Assembly (NCBI GenBank): GCA_964452525.1
Contig: CAYVLZ010000005.1
Location: forward strand, 6,979-70,978
Source of the DNA: Candidatus Woesearchaeota archaeon
GTDB lineage: Archaea; Nanobdellota; Nanobdellia; SCGC-AAA011-G17; CAYFGV01
Reading direction: 5' to 3'
Length of the DNA: 64,000 bases
Shown here: positions 27,806-36,607 of the stretch, piece by piece
How positions within the stretch are numbered: position 1 is the stretch's first letter
Layout: every line of letters begins with the position of its first letter
Notes under the pieces: model-generated
What the model was told of the DNA's origin: nothing
Database searches by the model: none
Seen by the model: only the letters and a program-made list of their open reading frames with translations
Translations under genes and position numbers: made by a program

Positions 27806-29011
27806 ATGATAGCAGATTTTATAGTATATCCTGTTTATTTTATAACTATTTTTGTTAGTGTATTTTATCTTGTAACTTATTTTCAAAGTAAGAAATATTT
27901 TCATAGCAATATTACAACAAGATTCCCTTTTATTACAATAATAATGCCTGCTTATAATGAAGAACAGGTGATAGCTGATTCTATTACAGGTTTATTGAAT
28001 ATAGATTATCCTAAAGATAAGTTTAAAGTTATTGTAGTTGATGATGGAAGTAAAGATGATACTTATAATCTAGCTAAAGAATTTGAAGGTGGAAATGTTT
28101 TCGTTTACACTAAAAAAAATGAAGGTAAAGCTGCTGCTATGAATTTTGGTATAGATAAGGCTGAAGGAGAGTTTATGGTTACTATTGATGCCGATAGTTA
28201 TATGGATCCTGATTTATTGAAAAAGGCGATACCCTATTTTGATGATCCTGAAGTTGGTTTGGCGGTTCCCACTCTTAAGCCCCATAAACCCAAAAAAATA
28301 ATAGAGAAAATACAGCTTATGGAATATGTTATGAGTAGTTTTAATAGAAAAGTTTTAACTTTCATCGGAAGTATGTTGGCTGCTCCGGCATGTACCATAT
28401 TCCGAGCACAAGTTTTTAAGAAGATAGGCAAGTTTGATGTGGGTAATCTTACAGAGGATTTTGAGATAGCTCTGAGAGCGCAAAAACATAACTATAAACT
28501 AGCACACATTTTAGATTCTACTACGCATACGCATGTTCCAGATACTTTAAAGAAATTATTCAGACAGAGATTGAGATGGGATTACGGTACTTTTTATAAT
28601 CTTAGAAAACATAGACAGTTGTTTAGTTTGAAGTATGGAGATTTGGGTATATTTTATCTTCCTGTCTTTGTTATAGCTATAGGTATTGGAATTCTTATTT
28701 ATAGTCTGTTTACATATGATTGGTTGACAAGATTCATAAGAAGATTTCATTTACTCTCATTAACTAATTTTGATTTGGATTTGAGTGGGCTTAGTCCATG
28801 GGATTTTGTTCCTGGAGCAAGGGTCATACTTGGTGTTATAGTATTGATATTTGCTTTATTGCTTTATAGATATAGTAAAAAATATACTAATGAGAAAAGA
28901 GTTAATTTAATAAGTTTGACCGCATACTTCACTATCTTCAACTTTGGCATGGTTATTATTTGGATAGTAGCGTTATTTTATTTTATCTTGGGTAAGAAAC
29001 CAAAATGGTAA
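27806..29011 (+). CDS. Processive family-2 glycosyltransferase (cellulose/chitin/NodC-type synthase fold)
   Basis: IIMPAYNEE, VIVVDDGSKDDT (D,D), TIDADSYM (DxD), NLTEDFEIALR (TED), FRQRLRWDYG (QxxRW), with N- and C-terminal TM helices. Confidence 0.75.
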   Translation: MIADFIVYPVYFITIFVSVFYLVTYFQSKKYFHSNITTRFPFITIIMPAYNEEQVIADSITGLLNIDYPKDKFKVIVVDDGSKDDTYNLAKEFEGGNVFVYTKKNEGKAAAMNFGIDKAEGEFMVTIDADSYMDPDLLKKAIPYFDDPEVGLAVPTLKPHKPKKIIEKIQLMEYVMSSFNRKVLTFIGSMLAAPACTIFRAQVFKKIGKFDVGNLTEDFEIALRAQKHNYKLAHILDSTTHTHVPDTLKKLFRQRLRWDYGTFYNLRKHRQLFSLKYGDLGIFYLPVFVIAIGIGILIYSLFTYDWLTRFIRRFHLLSLTNFDLDLSGLSPWDFVPGARVILGVIVLIFALLLYRYSKKYTNEKRVNLISLTAYFTIFNFGMVIIWIVALFYFILGKKPKW

Positions 29012-29643
29012 GAACAGTAAGTAAAAGAAAATATGCAATCGTTTATGTATTCACAGCTCTAATCTTTCTTGTTGGTTTAGCAGTGGGATGGCAAATTAGT
29101 AACTATTTGGTTTCGGATGTTAAAGAGAGCAATGATGTTTTGAGAAGTCAACTTATTGGTCTAGATTTAAGAGACGAGTTGTTAAATGAAGATATTTGCG
29201 ATGTTCCCGAGTATATATTGTTTGAAGAGAGACTTAGGATAGCTAGAGAAATAACAGAGTTAGAAGATCGTCTTGGTAAATATGATAAGGAAGTATTAGT
29301 ACAAAAGGAATTTTATCAATTAATTGAGTTGAAAACTTGGTTACTAGTTAAAAATTTAAACGATAATTGCATAGAGAATTATGATTGGATATTGTTTTTT
29401 TATAGTAATAGTAAAGAGAATAATTTAGATAAAATAAGTGAAGATCAAGGTTATGTTTTAGATAATTTTTATTCAAATAACAGAGACGTGGTTGTATTTT
29501 CGTTTGATATTGACACGAGAAATCCTGCTTTGAATACCTTAAAAGAGATATATAACATTTCTGTAGTTCCTAGTTTGGTTATTAATGAAGATTTATACGA
29601 AGGGTACCAGAATTACTACCAGATAGAGCAGGCTATGGGATAA
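29005..29643 (+). CDS. Membrane-anchored hypothetical protein
   Basis: N-terminal TM YAIVYVFTALIFLVGLAVGW; no motif recognised. Confidence 0.35.
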   Translation: MVRTVSKRKYAIVYVFTALIFLVGLAVGWQISNYLVSDVKESNDVLRSQLIGLDLRDELLNEDICDVPEYILFEERLRIAREITELEDRLGKYDKEVLVQKEFYQLIELKTWLLVKNLNDNCIENYDWILFFYSNSKENNLDKISEDQGYVLDNFYSNNRDVVVFSFDIDTRNPALNTLKEIYNISVVPSLVINEDLYEGYQNYYQIEQAMG

Positions 29644-29680
29644 ACAAAATTTATTTAAGTAAAAAAGTATTCTTATTATC

Positions 29681-30130
29681 ATGGGTACTTGTGATTTGTG
29701 TGGTGTTGAAGAAGAACTTGTTGAAGCTATAGTTGAGGGTGCTTTGTTATCTGTTTGCGATAGATGTTCTAAGCATGGAGAAGTTATAAAAGTTCAACCT
29801 AAGATTATAACTAAAAGAGTTGAGAAGGAGAAGAAATTAGATATTGGTCCTGTTAAAATGGTTGTTGATGATTATGCGGAATTAGTAAGGAAAGCCAGGG
29901 AGAAAAAAGGGCTAAAGCAGAAAGATCTTGCTAGAAGTATTGGAGAAAAAGAATCTACAATTCATAAAGTTGAAACCAGCCATCTTAAACCCAGTTTAGT
30001 TTTAGCAAAAAAATTTGAAGTTTTCCTTGGTGTTAAACTTATTGGAGACTATGAAGACATGCCTAAGAAGAAGATAGATTTTAGAGATAGTAATCTGACA
30101 GTTGGAGATTTGATTAGAGCGGGCAAATGA
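29681..30130 (+). CDS. MBF1-type transcriptional regulator (N-terminal Zn ribbon plus XRE-family HTH)
   Basis: CDLCG...CDRCSKHG zinc ribbon; HTH KKGLKQKDLARSIGEKESTIHKVETSHLKPSLVLAKKFEVFLGVKL. Confidence 0.65.
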   Translation: MGTCDLCGVEEELVEAIVEGALLSVCDRCSKHGEVIKVQPKIITKRVEKEKKLDIGPVKMVVDDYAELVRKAREKKGLKQKDLARSIGEKESTIHKVETSHLKPSLVLAKKFEVFLGVKLIGDYEDMPKKKIDFRDSNLTVGDLIRAGK

Positions 30131-30180
30131 TTAATTTTCAAAAACGAAAGATTTAAAATTGGTTTATTTTTCTTTAATTC

Positions 30181-30453
30181 ATGGAAATAACTATTCTAGA
30201 AGAGTCTAAAAATAAGATTAGGTTTAAGTTAATTGGAGAAGACCATACCCTATGTAACGCCCTTAGAAAGGAGTTATGGAAAGATAAGCATGTAACCGTT
30301 GCGGGTTATAATGTAGAACATCCTATGGTTAGCGAACCGGTGATGGTTGTAGAAACCTCTGGTGAAGATCCTAGAAAAGCTTTATTTAGAGCTGTAGAAG
30401 GTTTAAAAAGCAATAATAAGGAAATAATAACACAGCTTAAGAATATAAAATGA
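30181..30453 (+). CDS. rpoL: DNA-directed RNA polymerase subunit L (Rpo11)
   Basis: GEDHTLCNALRKELWKDKHVTVAGYNVEHPMVSEPVMVVET matches RpoL/Rpb11. Confidence 0.85.
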   Translation: MEITILEESKNKIRFKLIGEDHTLCNALRKELWKDKHVTVAGYNVEHPMVSEPVMVVETSGEDPRKALFRAVEGLKSNNKEIITQLKNIK

Positions 30454-31004
30454 TGCTCAATTCTGAGCAAGGAAAGGCACTTCTCCAGTTAGCGAGACAT
30501 TCTATAAGCTCTTATTTTTTAAAAGAAGAATTAAGTTTACCAGGTAAATTTAATATTAAGCAAGGGGTTTTTGTAACGCTTCATGATTCTACCGCTAGAT
30601 TAAGAGGTTGTATTGGATTTATAGATCCTATTTTTCCCTTAGAAGAAGCTGTTTTCAGAGCAGCCAGAGCTGCAGCATTTTCTGATCCACGGTTTAAACC
30701 GTTAGATAAGGAAGAATTACAAAATATAGTTATAGAAATATCTGTTTTAACAAAACCAGAGTCTTTACAGCTAGATCGTGGTGATTTTAAGAAGATCGTT
30801 ATTGGTGAGGATGGTTTGGTTGTGGAAAAGGGTAATTGTAAGGGCTTATTGTTGCCTGTTGTTGCTGTAGAACAGAACTGGGATCAAAGGAAGTTTATAG
30901 AGAATTGTTGTGTTAAGGCTGGTTTAGACAAAGATTCTTGGAGAGACCAAGAATGTAGAATTTATAGATTTCAAGCACAGGTTTTTTCTGAAAATGATGG
31001 ATGA
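30450..31004 (+). CDS. AMMECR1-domain protein
   Basis: GVFVTLHD...LRGCIGF..P signature of AMMECR1; ATGA overlap with rpoL. Confidence 0.8.
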   Translation: MMLNSEQGKALLQLARHSISSYFLKEELSLPGKFNIKQGVFVTLHDSTARLRGCIGFIDPIFPLEEAVFRAARAAAFSDPRFKPLDKEELQNIVIEISVLTKPESLQLDRGDFKKIVIGEDGLVVEKGNCKGLLLPVVAVEQNWDQRKFIENCCVKAGLDKDSWRDQECRIYRFQAQVFSENDG

Positions 31005-31641
31005 GAGATTAGATTATGAGGATCATGAAGAGAATAAAAGAAGTCCTATAATATATATTTTAACTACTTTTTTGTTTTTGTTGGTTGTTTTAATGGCCAT
31101 ACCTTATTATGGTATAAGATCTGATCCTAGTCCTACTTATATTCCTGAGTTGGAAGATGTCATGTCTGGTCTTGTTATTGATAATGCGACTAGGTTAAGT
31201 GACATTGAACAAATTAATTATGTTCAGGTAGATCCTTTTTTGAAAACAGTTTCTGCTAGAGTTGCTAGGTCTTGTGATACTAGCAGGAAGGTTTGTTACT
31301 CTAAAGCTTTTTTTATTTTTGTTAGAGATGAGATCAGTTATATTAGTGACCCTGATTTTGAGTACATAGAGAGTGCTGAGCTTGTTTTAAATAGTGGTTC
31401 TGCTGATTGTGATGGTAAAAGTATTTTGTTAGTTAGTTTTTTGAAAAGTGTGGGTGTTCCTAGTAGAATTGTAATTGGGAACAACCATGCTTTTGTTCAG
31501 GCTTATTTGCCGGATGCTCTAGAGTCTTACAAGACTGAGGGTGAATGGGTGAGTTTAGATCCTAGTTGTAGCAATTGTGAGTTTGGGGAAGTAAATCCTA
31601 GGTATCTGAATAATATTTATGATGTGGTTTATGTGAATTAA
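30994..31641 (+). CDS. Membrane-anchored transglutaminase-like (papain-fold) protein
   Basis: N-terminal TM IIYILTTFLFLLVVLMAI; core GSADCDGKSILLVSFLKSVGVPSRIVIGNNHAFVQ (Cys...His...Asp). Confidence 0.6.
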   Translation: MMDERLDYEDHEENKRSPIIYILTTFLFLLVVLMAIPYYGIRSDPSPTYIPELEDVMSGLVIDNATRLSDIEQINYVQVDPFLKTVSARVARSCDTSRKVCYSKAFFIFVRDEISYISDPDFEYIESAELVLNSGSADCDGKSILLVSFLKSVGVPSRIVIGNNHAFVQAYLPDALESYKTEGEWVSLDPSCSNCEFGEVNPRYLNNIYDVVYVN

Positions 31642-31682
31642 AATAGAAAGTTTTTTATGTATCCTGTTTAGTAAGTTAAAAA

Positions 31683-32273
31683 ATGGTTTCTTGGTCTAGG
31701 GTGTTGAGGAAGTTCTGGAATTTCATATGGCATGACAATAGTGTTTGGAGTTGGCTTGCTAATATAGCTTTAGCATTTGTTTTAGTTTACTTTATTGTAT
31801 ACCCTGGTTTGGGTTTATTTTTAAGCACTACTCATCCTGTTGTTGCTGTTGTTTCTGGAAGCATGGAGCATGGATCTGATTTTGATGAATGGTGGGATAG
31901 TAATAGGGGTGCTTGGTATGAGAAGAATGGCATAGATAAAGAAATGTTTAGTCAATATATTTTTAAGAATGGTTTTAATAAAGGAGATATCATGGTTTTG
32001 ACTGGAGCGGAGGCTCCAGAAATTGAAGTCGGGGACGTGATTGTTTTTAGGAGCAATGCTAATGATCCTATAATTCACAGGGTGGTGAATAAAACTTATG
32101 AGGATGGAGAATATGTTTTTCAGACTAAAGGAGACCATAATGCTGGAATTAGTAGTCCTTTGGGGGAGGACGATATAACGGAGAATGAGATTGTAGGTAA
32201 GGCAGTATTTAGAGTTCCTTGGTTGGGATGGTTTAAAATTATATTTGTAGATTTATTAAACTTTATAGGGTGA
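31683..32273 (+). CDS. Signal peptidase I (archaeal/ER Sec11 type)
   Basis: N-terminal TM, box B VVSGSMEHG (catalytic Ser), GDIMVL, and box D IIHRVV (catalytic His). Confidence 0.8.
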   Translation: MVSWSRVLRKFWNFIWHDNSVWSWLANIALAFVLVYFIVYPGLGLFLSTTHPVVAVVSGSMEHGSDFDEWWDSNRGAWYEKNGIDKEMFSQYIFKNGFNKGDIMVLTGAEAPEIEVGDVIVFRSNANDPIIHRVVNKTYEDGEYVFQTKGDHNAGISSPLGEDDITENEIVGKAVFRVPWLGWFKIIFVDLLNFIG

Positions 32274-32279
32274 TAAAAG

Positions 32280-32588
32280 ATGTTTTGTCCAAAATGTGGA
32301 AGTATTTTAATTGTAGACTCTGATAAAAAGAAGTTAAGATGTAAATGTGGGTACACTCCTAGATCGAAGAAAAATGTTATTTTGAAAGAGAAGACTAACT
32401 TGAAAGAAGGTTTTGGTGTTCTTGATGAGAAGGATCTTAAGACTTTGCCAAAAGTTAAAGAAACTTGTAAAAAGTGTGGTAATAAACAGGCTTATTATTG
32501 GTTAGTTCAGACAAGAGCTGCTGATGAAGCAGAGACAAGGTTTTTAGAGTGTACAAAATGTAAGCATAGGTGGAGAGTCTATGAATAA
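32280..32588 (+). CDS. tfs: Transcription factor S (TFS) / RNAP subunit M
   Basis: N-terminal Zn ribbon CPKCG...CKCG; C-terminal CKKCGNKQAYYWLVQTRAADEAETRFLECTKCKHRW (QTRSADE-type acidic hairpin). Confidence 0.85.
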   Translation: MFCPKCGSILIVDSDKKKLRCKCGYTPRSKKNVILKEKTNLKEGFGVLDEKDLKTLPKVKETCKKCGNKQAYYWLVQTRAADEAETRFLECTKCKHRWRVYE

Positions 32589-32871
32589 TTTTGTTGAAAA
32601 AAGAATAAGGAATGTTAAAGAAGGAGACTTTAAAGTAGCTGTTTCAGGTATTGTGGTTAGTAAGGGGCAGAATAGTTTCATGATTGATGACGGAACAGGA
32701 CAAGCAGGAGTTTTTTACGGCGGAGAGATTGAGCAAGGAAAGTATTTTAGAGTATTTGGCAGAGTTTCTAGATTTGGAGAAGGCTTAGAGATTGAAGCAG
32801 AGTTTATACAATCTTTGGAAGGTATAGATAAACAATTACATCAACAGATTGTTGACATTATGAATAAATAA
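32581..32871 (+). CDS. OB-fold nucleic-acid-binding protein (RPA-associated-like)
   Basis: 96 aa; FKVAVSGIVVSKGQNSFMIDDGTGQAGVF...YFRVFGRV has the OB-fold pattern. Confidence 0.45.
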   Translation: MNNFVEKRIRNVKEGDFKVAVSGIVVSKGQNSFMIDDGTGQAGVFYGGEIEQGKYFRVFGRVSRFGEGLEIEAEFIQSLEGIDKQLHQQIVDIMNK

Positions 32872-32902
32872 TCTTTATATATTAGTAATTTAAGTTAGTT
32901 AT

Positions 32903-33301
32903 ATGGTAGCTTTAACTACTGGGAGTTTGTTATTGATTCCCTCTTTAGCATTGGGAGTAATAATTGGTTTAATAGAGGTAATATTTGTGCATTCTGATGA
33001 GCCTGGAATGGGTTGGTTTAAGCATGGGTTGCATGCTTTTCCTTTTGCTGTCCTTTTTGTTTTTATTAACATGAATGTTCAATACGTTTTGGATTTGTTT
33101 AATTTAGTTTTGCCTTTTAATGTTCTTTATGTGTATCTTGGTGTTGGAGTAATAGCTTTTATTAAGATTCAAGGAGCAGCAGCTATAGCTGGAAGTACTG
33201 GAGAAAAGCTTTGGCACACATTGATTATAGCTTTGTTGATTGTAGGGGCCCCTTACCTTTGGCAATATATCGGACCTTTGATGCCTGCTTATTTACAATA
33301 G
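32903..33301 (+). CDS. Polytopic small membrane protein, hypothetical
   Basis: 4 predicted TM helices; no motif. Confidence 0.35.
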   Translation: MVALTTGSLLLIPSLALGVIIGLIEVIFVHSDEPGMGWFKHGLHAFPFAVLFVFINMNVQYVLDLFNLVLPFNVLYVYLGVGVIAFIKIQGAAAIAGSTGEKLWHTLIIALLIVGAPYLWQYIGPLMPAYLQ

Positions 33302-33349
33302 ATGTTCTAAAACAACAAACTATAAATATTAAATGGTATTTCTGCATTT

Positions 33350-34093
33350 ATGAAGTTAGTTTTGGCTGAACCTAAATATCTGAAGGATAGTGTTTTTATT
33401 TTATCTGAGCTTGTAAATGATGTGCAATTAAAAGTCACTAAAGATAAGATAGAAGTTATATCTATGGATCCTGCTAATGTTGCTATGGTTATTTTTAGAT
33501 TATTGAGTAGTGCATTTGTTGAGTACAATGTTGATGGGGATAAAACTATCGGAGTTAGTTTAGATAGTTTGAAGAATGTACTTAGAAGAGCAAAACCTAG
33601 TGATACAGTAGTTATAGAATTAGATGAAGATAAGAATAAATTAAAGGTTCAATTGAGAGGGGATAGTACAAGAACTTTTAATCTTGGTCTGATTGATATT
33701 GAGGAGAAAGAACATAAGATTCCTGATTTAAATTTTTCTGCTAATATAGAAACTAATACAATCTTCTTTGATGAAGCAATAGAGGATATGGACGTTGTTT
33801 CTGATTCTGTTAATCTAAGTAGTGATAAGAATAATTTCATTATCCAGGCTACTGGTAACATTCATGAAGGTAATGTTGTAATGAATAATGATAAAGACAC
33901 TTCTATTATTCTGAATGGTGATTCTGCAAAGGCTAAATATAGTATTGAATATCTGAAAAAAATAATAAAAGGAAGTAAACTAGTTGATAAGGTAAAATTG
34001 CAGTTTAGTAATGATTATCCTTTAAGAGTAGAATATAATGTTAAAGATAAATTGCAATTGGTTACTATTTTAGCTCCTAGAGTTTCTGAATAG
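33350..34093 (+). CDS. pcn: DNA polymerase sliding clamp PCNA
   Basis: 247 aa, MKLVLAEPKYLKDSVFILSELVNDVQLKV...QLRGDSTRTFNLGLIDIEE; two-domain PCNA pattern including an interdomain linker. Confidence 0.8.
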   Translation: MKLVLAEPKYLKDSVFILSELVNDVQLKVTKDKIEVISMDPANVAMVIFRLLSSAFVEYNVDGDKTIGVSLDSLKNVLRRAKPSDTVVIELDEDKNKLKVQLRGDSTRTFNLGLIDIEEKEHKIPDLNFSANIETNTIFFDEAIEDMDVVSDSVNLSSDKNNFIIQATGNIHEGNVVMNNDKDTSIILNGDSAKAKYSIEYLKKIIKGSKLVDKVKLQFSNDYPLRVEYNVKDKLQLVTILAPRVSE

Positions 34094-34140
34094 GCTTTTG
34101 GAAGGGAAACCTTTATAAGTTTATTATCTTAAATAGTTGC

Positions 34141-34896
34141 ATGAGTAAAAGAGGTCAGGTTACTGCTTTTATATTAGTTGGTATTGTTGTTTTAGCTATA
34201 TTGGGTTTTGTTTTTTATGCTAGAGGTTATTTTTCTAGAATTTCTATTGGTGGAGAATCCGGACAGAGGTATGTTAATTCTCAGTTGGAATCTATTACTG
34301 AATATTTAGATGATTGCGTTAATGAGGTTGTAGAAGATGATTTAAAATTGTTAATAGATAATGCTGGTTTTTTTCAATTGACAAGCTATTATATTATTTA
34401 TGAAGGCGGAGAAGTTAATTATTTGATTTATGAAATAGATGGAGAAAAAGTTAATGGAATGAATTTAAAGAGTTATATTGAAGATCAGATTTCTGATCAT
34501 GTTAAGAATAAATTAGTTAATGAATGTACTTTGAAAGAATATGAAGATCAGTTTACCTTGAATAGAGGAAATATAAATGTAGATACCTTAATTGTTGATG
34601 AAAAGATATTGGTGGTACTAGATTATCCTGTTACAGTTGTCAGGGGAGATGTTAGAGGAGAGATAAGAGAGGTTGAAGTTGATATAGATACAGATTTTGG
34701 AAAGATTTATGATGCGGTTACTGATATTGTAAATGGTGAAATGGAGAATGGAGACTTTGATAAAAATAGTTACGAATTAAGTCATAGAGATATTGTTATA
34801 AGAAAAGATAACCTTTATTTATCTGATGCTGTTTATAGTATTACTACTACCGAAGATGGAGAAGATGAGTTTGTGATATTCGCGGTTAGAAGATGA
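34141..34896 (+). CDS. Class III signal peptide (prepilin-like) protein 1
   Basis: MSKRGQVTAFILVGIVVLAILGFVFYA: K-R-G|Q followed by a 20-residue hydrophobic helix. Confidence 0.55.
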   Translation: MSKRGQVTAFILVGIVVLAILGFVFYARGYFSRISIGGESGQRYVNSQLESITEYLDDCVNEVVEDDLKLLIDNAGFFQLTSYYIIYEGGEVNYLIYEIDGEKVNGMNLKSYIEDQISDHVKNKLVNECTLKEYEDQFTLNRGNINVDTLIVDEKILVVLDYPVTVVRGDVRGEIREVEVDIDTDFGKIYDAVTDIVNGEMENGDFDKNSYELSHRDIVIRKDNLYLSDAVYSITTTEDGEDEFVIFAVRR

Positions 34897-36605
34897 AAAA
34901 AAAGAGTTTGATATTAATTTTTGTGTTTTTTGTTAGTTTGTTAACTATTTCTGTTGATAAGGTAAATGCGGCTAGCGTTTGTTGTGAAAAAAGTAACGGA
35001 GATTACTGTGTATTTACTGATATTGGTGCATGTGATACTGCTTATAGTAGCAATCTTCAGAGAAATTATGGTTTTTCACAGTTTTCTTGCTCATCTGTTA
35101 ATTATTGCCAACAAGTTTGTTGTATAGATACTGGTGGAGTTTGTTCCGAGGGTATGACTGAAGTACAGTGTTTAGATCAGGGGGGAACTGTTAGAAGTGA
35201 AGGTTGTGACAATTATTTAGAATGTCAGGTTGGAAGTTGTGTTATTGGTGGGCAATGTAGCACCGGAGTAACGAATAGGGAATGTAGATTAAATGCTGAT
35301 AAATTTAATGTTACTTATATTTTTGATCCCAATATTAATGATTTGGATGAATGTAGGGATAAGTATTCTACAGAAGAGGGTTGCTGTATTACTGAAAACG
35401 GTTGTGTAAGAACAACTTCTGCCGTATGTGAAGGTGATTTTAAAGCTGGAAAATTGTGTAGTAATACGGATTTCGTTGGGTTATGTACTAATCAAAAAGA
35501 GTTCGAGAGAAGATGTGGACCTGATGGTGAAGATGTTTATTGGTACGATTCTGAAGGGCAGTTAGAGAATATTGTCGGCGTTCCTTATGATGGAAATATT
35601 AGGACGAAGCAACAGTCTATGGGGGTTGTTGGTGATTGTGATTATGTTGCTGGGAATACTTGTGGGATAAATGAAAGGGGTGATTATTCTTGTGTAACTA
35701 TAGATTGTGTATCGGGAAATAAATTTAGCATTCCAAGGCCAATTCCAAGTACTGGAGAGGTGTTGAATATAGAAGTTGATATAAGTAATGATCTTTTAGG
35801 TGGAAAAAATATTAGGAAAAATGGAGAAAGCTGGTGTTTTATGAGTAGTTATAATTGGGATCAAACAAGTATGGATAGAGGTTACTATCTTGGTGACCAG
35901 TCTTTGGATAGTACTGGATTGGTTCATCAAAAATATTCGGCTGGATCTAGGCATTATATTATGAGTTGTAATCTTGGAAGAGTTGAGCCGGAATTTTGTA
36001 GTGCTTTTAGAGAAACGGTTTGTAAAGAAAACACGGTTTCAGGACAAACTTCTGCCAAATGTGTTGAGAATGAGGCTGATAAATGTAGAAGTATAACAAG
36101 TGATAGTGTTTGTAAGAATGAAGATAATCGGGAGTTTTGTGTTTTGAATACGGGAGGTATTAATGAATGTTGGCCTAGACCAGAATATGCCCTTGGTTTT
36201 GAGTTTTGGTTAGATTCTAATGTTAATAGTCAAAATGAAAGACAATGTCAAAGTAAATGTGGCAAGGGCGTAGATGTTTGTGATGATGATGAGTGTTGGA
36301 GTTTGGGAGATTGTACTATTGAAGATAGGGGCATGTTTGGTGGAGGTGGAAGTGCTTTGGCTGGTTGTGCTGTTGGAGCTGGTATCGGAGGTTTTGGAGC
36401 CCATATTCCTGTGGTTGGCGGACAGTTTGAATCTGGATTATTGAGATTGAGAGAGATATTTGGGTTGGTTCCAGATTTGGTAGGCCCTCCAGCACCCTCT
36501 TCTCCTCTTAGAGAAGATGTAGAAATCACTTGTAATACTGATGATGATTGTAATGAAGGAGAGAAATGTTTGTATCAGTTTGGAGGATGTGTTAAAGTAA
36601 GTTAG
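34893..36605 (+). CDS. Large cysteine-rich secreted protein (about 60 Cys; Gly-rich hydrophobic segment near the C-terminus)
   Basis: Sec-type signal MKKKSLILIFVFFVSLLTISVDKVNA; CC/CxxC-dense throughout; GGGGSALAGCAVGAGIGGFGAHIPVVGG Gly-zipper-like segment. Confidence 0.55.
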   Translation: MKKKSLILIFVFFVSLLTISVDKVNAASVCCEKSNGDYCVFTDIGACDTAYSSNLQRNYGFSQFSCSSVNYCQQVCCIDTGGVCSEGMTEVQCLDQGGTVRSEGCDNYLECQVGSCVIGGQCSTGVTNRECRLNADKFNVTYIFDPNINDLDECRDKYSTEEGCCITENGCVRTTSAVCEGDFKAGKLCSNTDFVGLCTNQKEFERRCGPDGEDVYWYDSEGQLENIVGVPYDGNIRTKQQSMGVVGDCDYVAGNTCGINERGDYSCVTIDCVSGNKFSIPRPIPSTGEVLNIEVDISNDLLGGKNIRKNGESWCFMSSYNWDQTSMDRGYYLGDQSLDSTGLVHQKYSAGSRHYIMSCNLGRVEPEFCSAFRETVCKENTVSGQTSAKCVENEADKCRSITSDSVCKNEDNREFCVLNTGGINECWPRPEYALGFEFWLDSNVNSQNERQCQSKCGKGVDVCDDDECWSLGDCTIEDRGMFGGGGSALAGCAVGAGIGGFGAHIPVVGGQFESGLLRLREIFGLVPDLVGPPAPSSPLREDVEITCNTDDDCNEGEKCLYQFGGCVKVS

Positions 36606-36607
36606 AA

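Noticed and set aside
36248-36529. 93-aa Pro-rich minus-strand ORF (plus neighbours 36210..36404 and 36438..36620)
   Set aside because: Antisense within the Cys-rich secreted protein gene; reverse complement of its Gly-rich coding segment gives the Pro run. No independent support.
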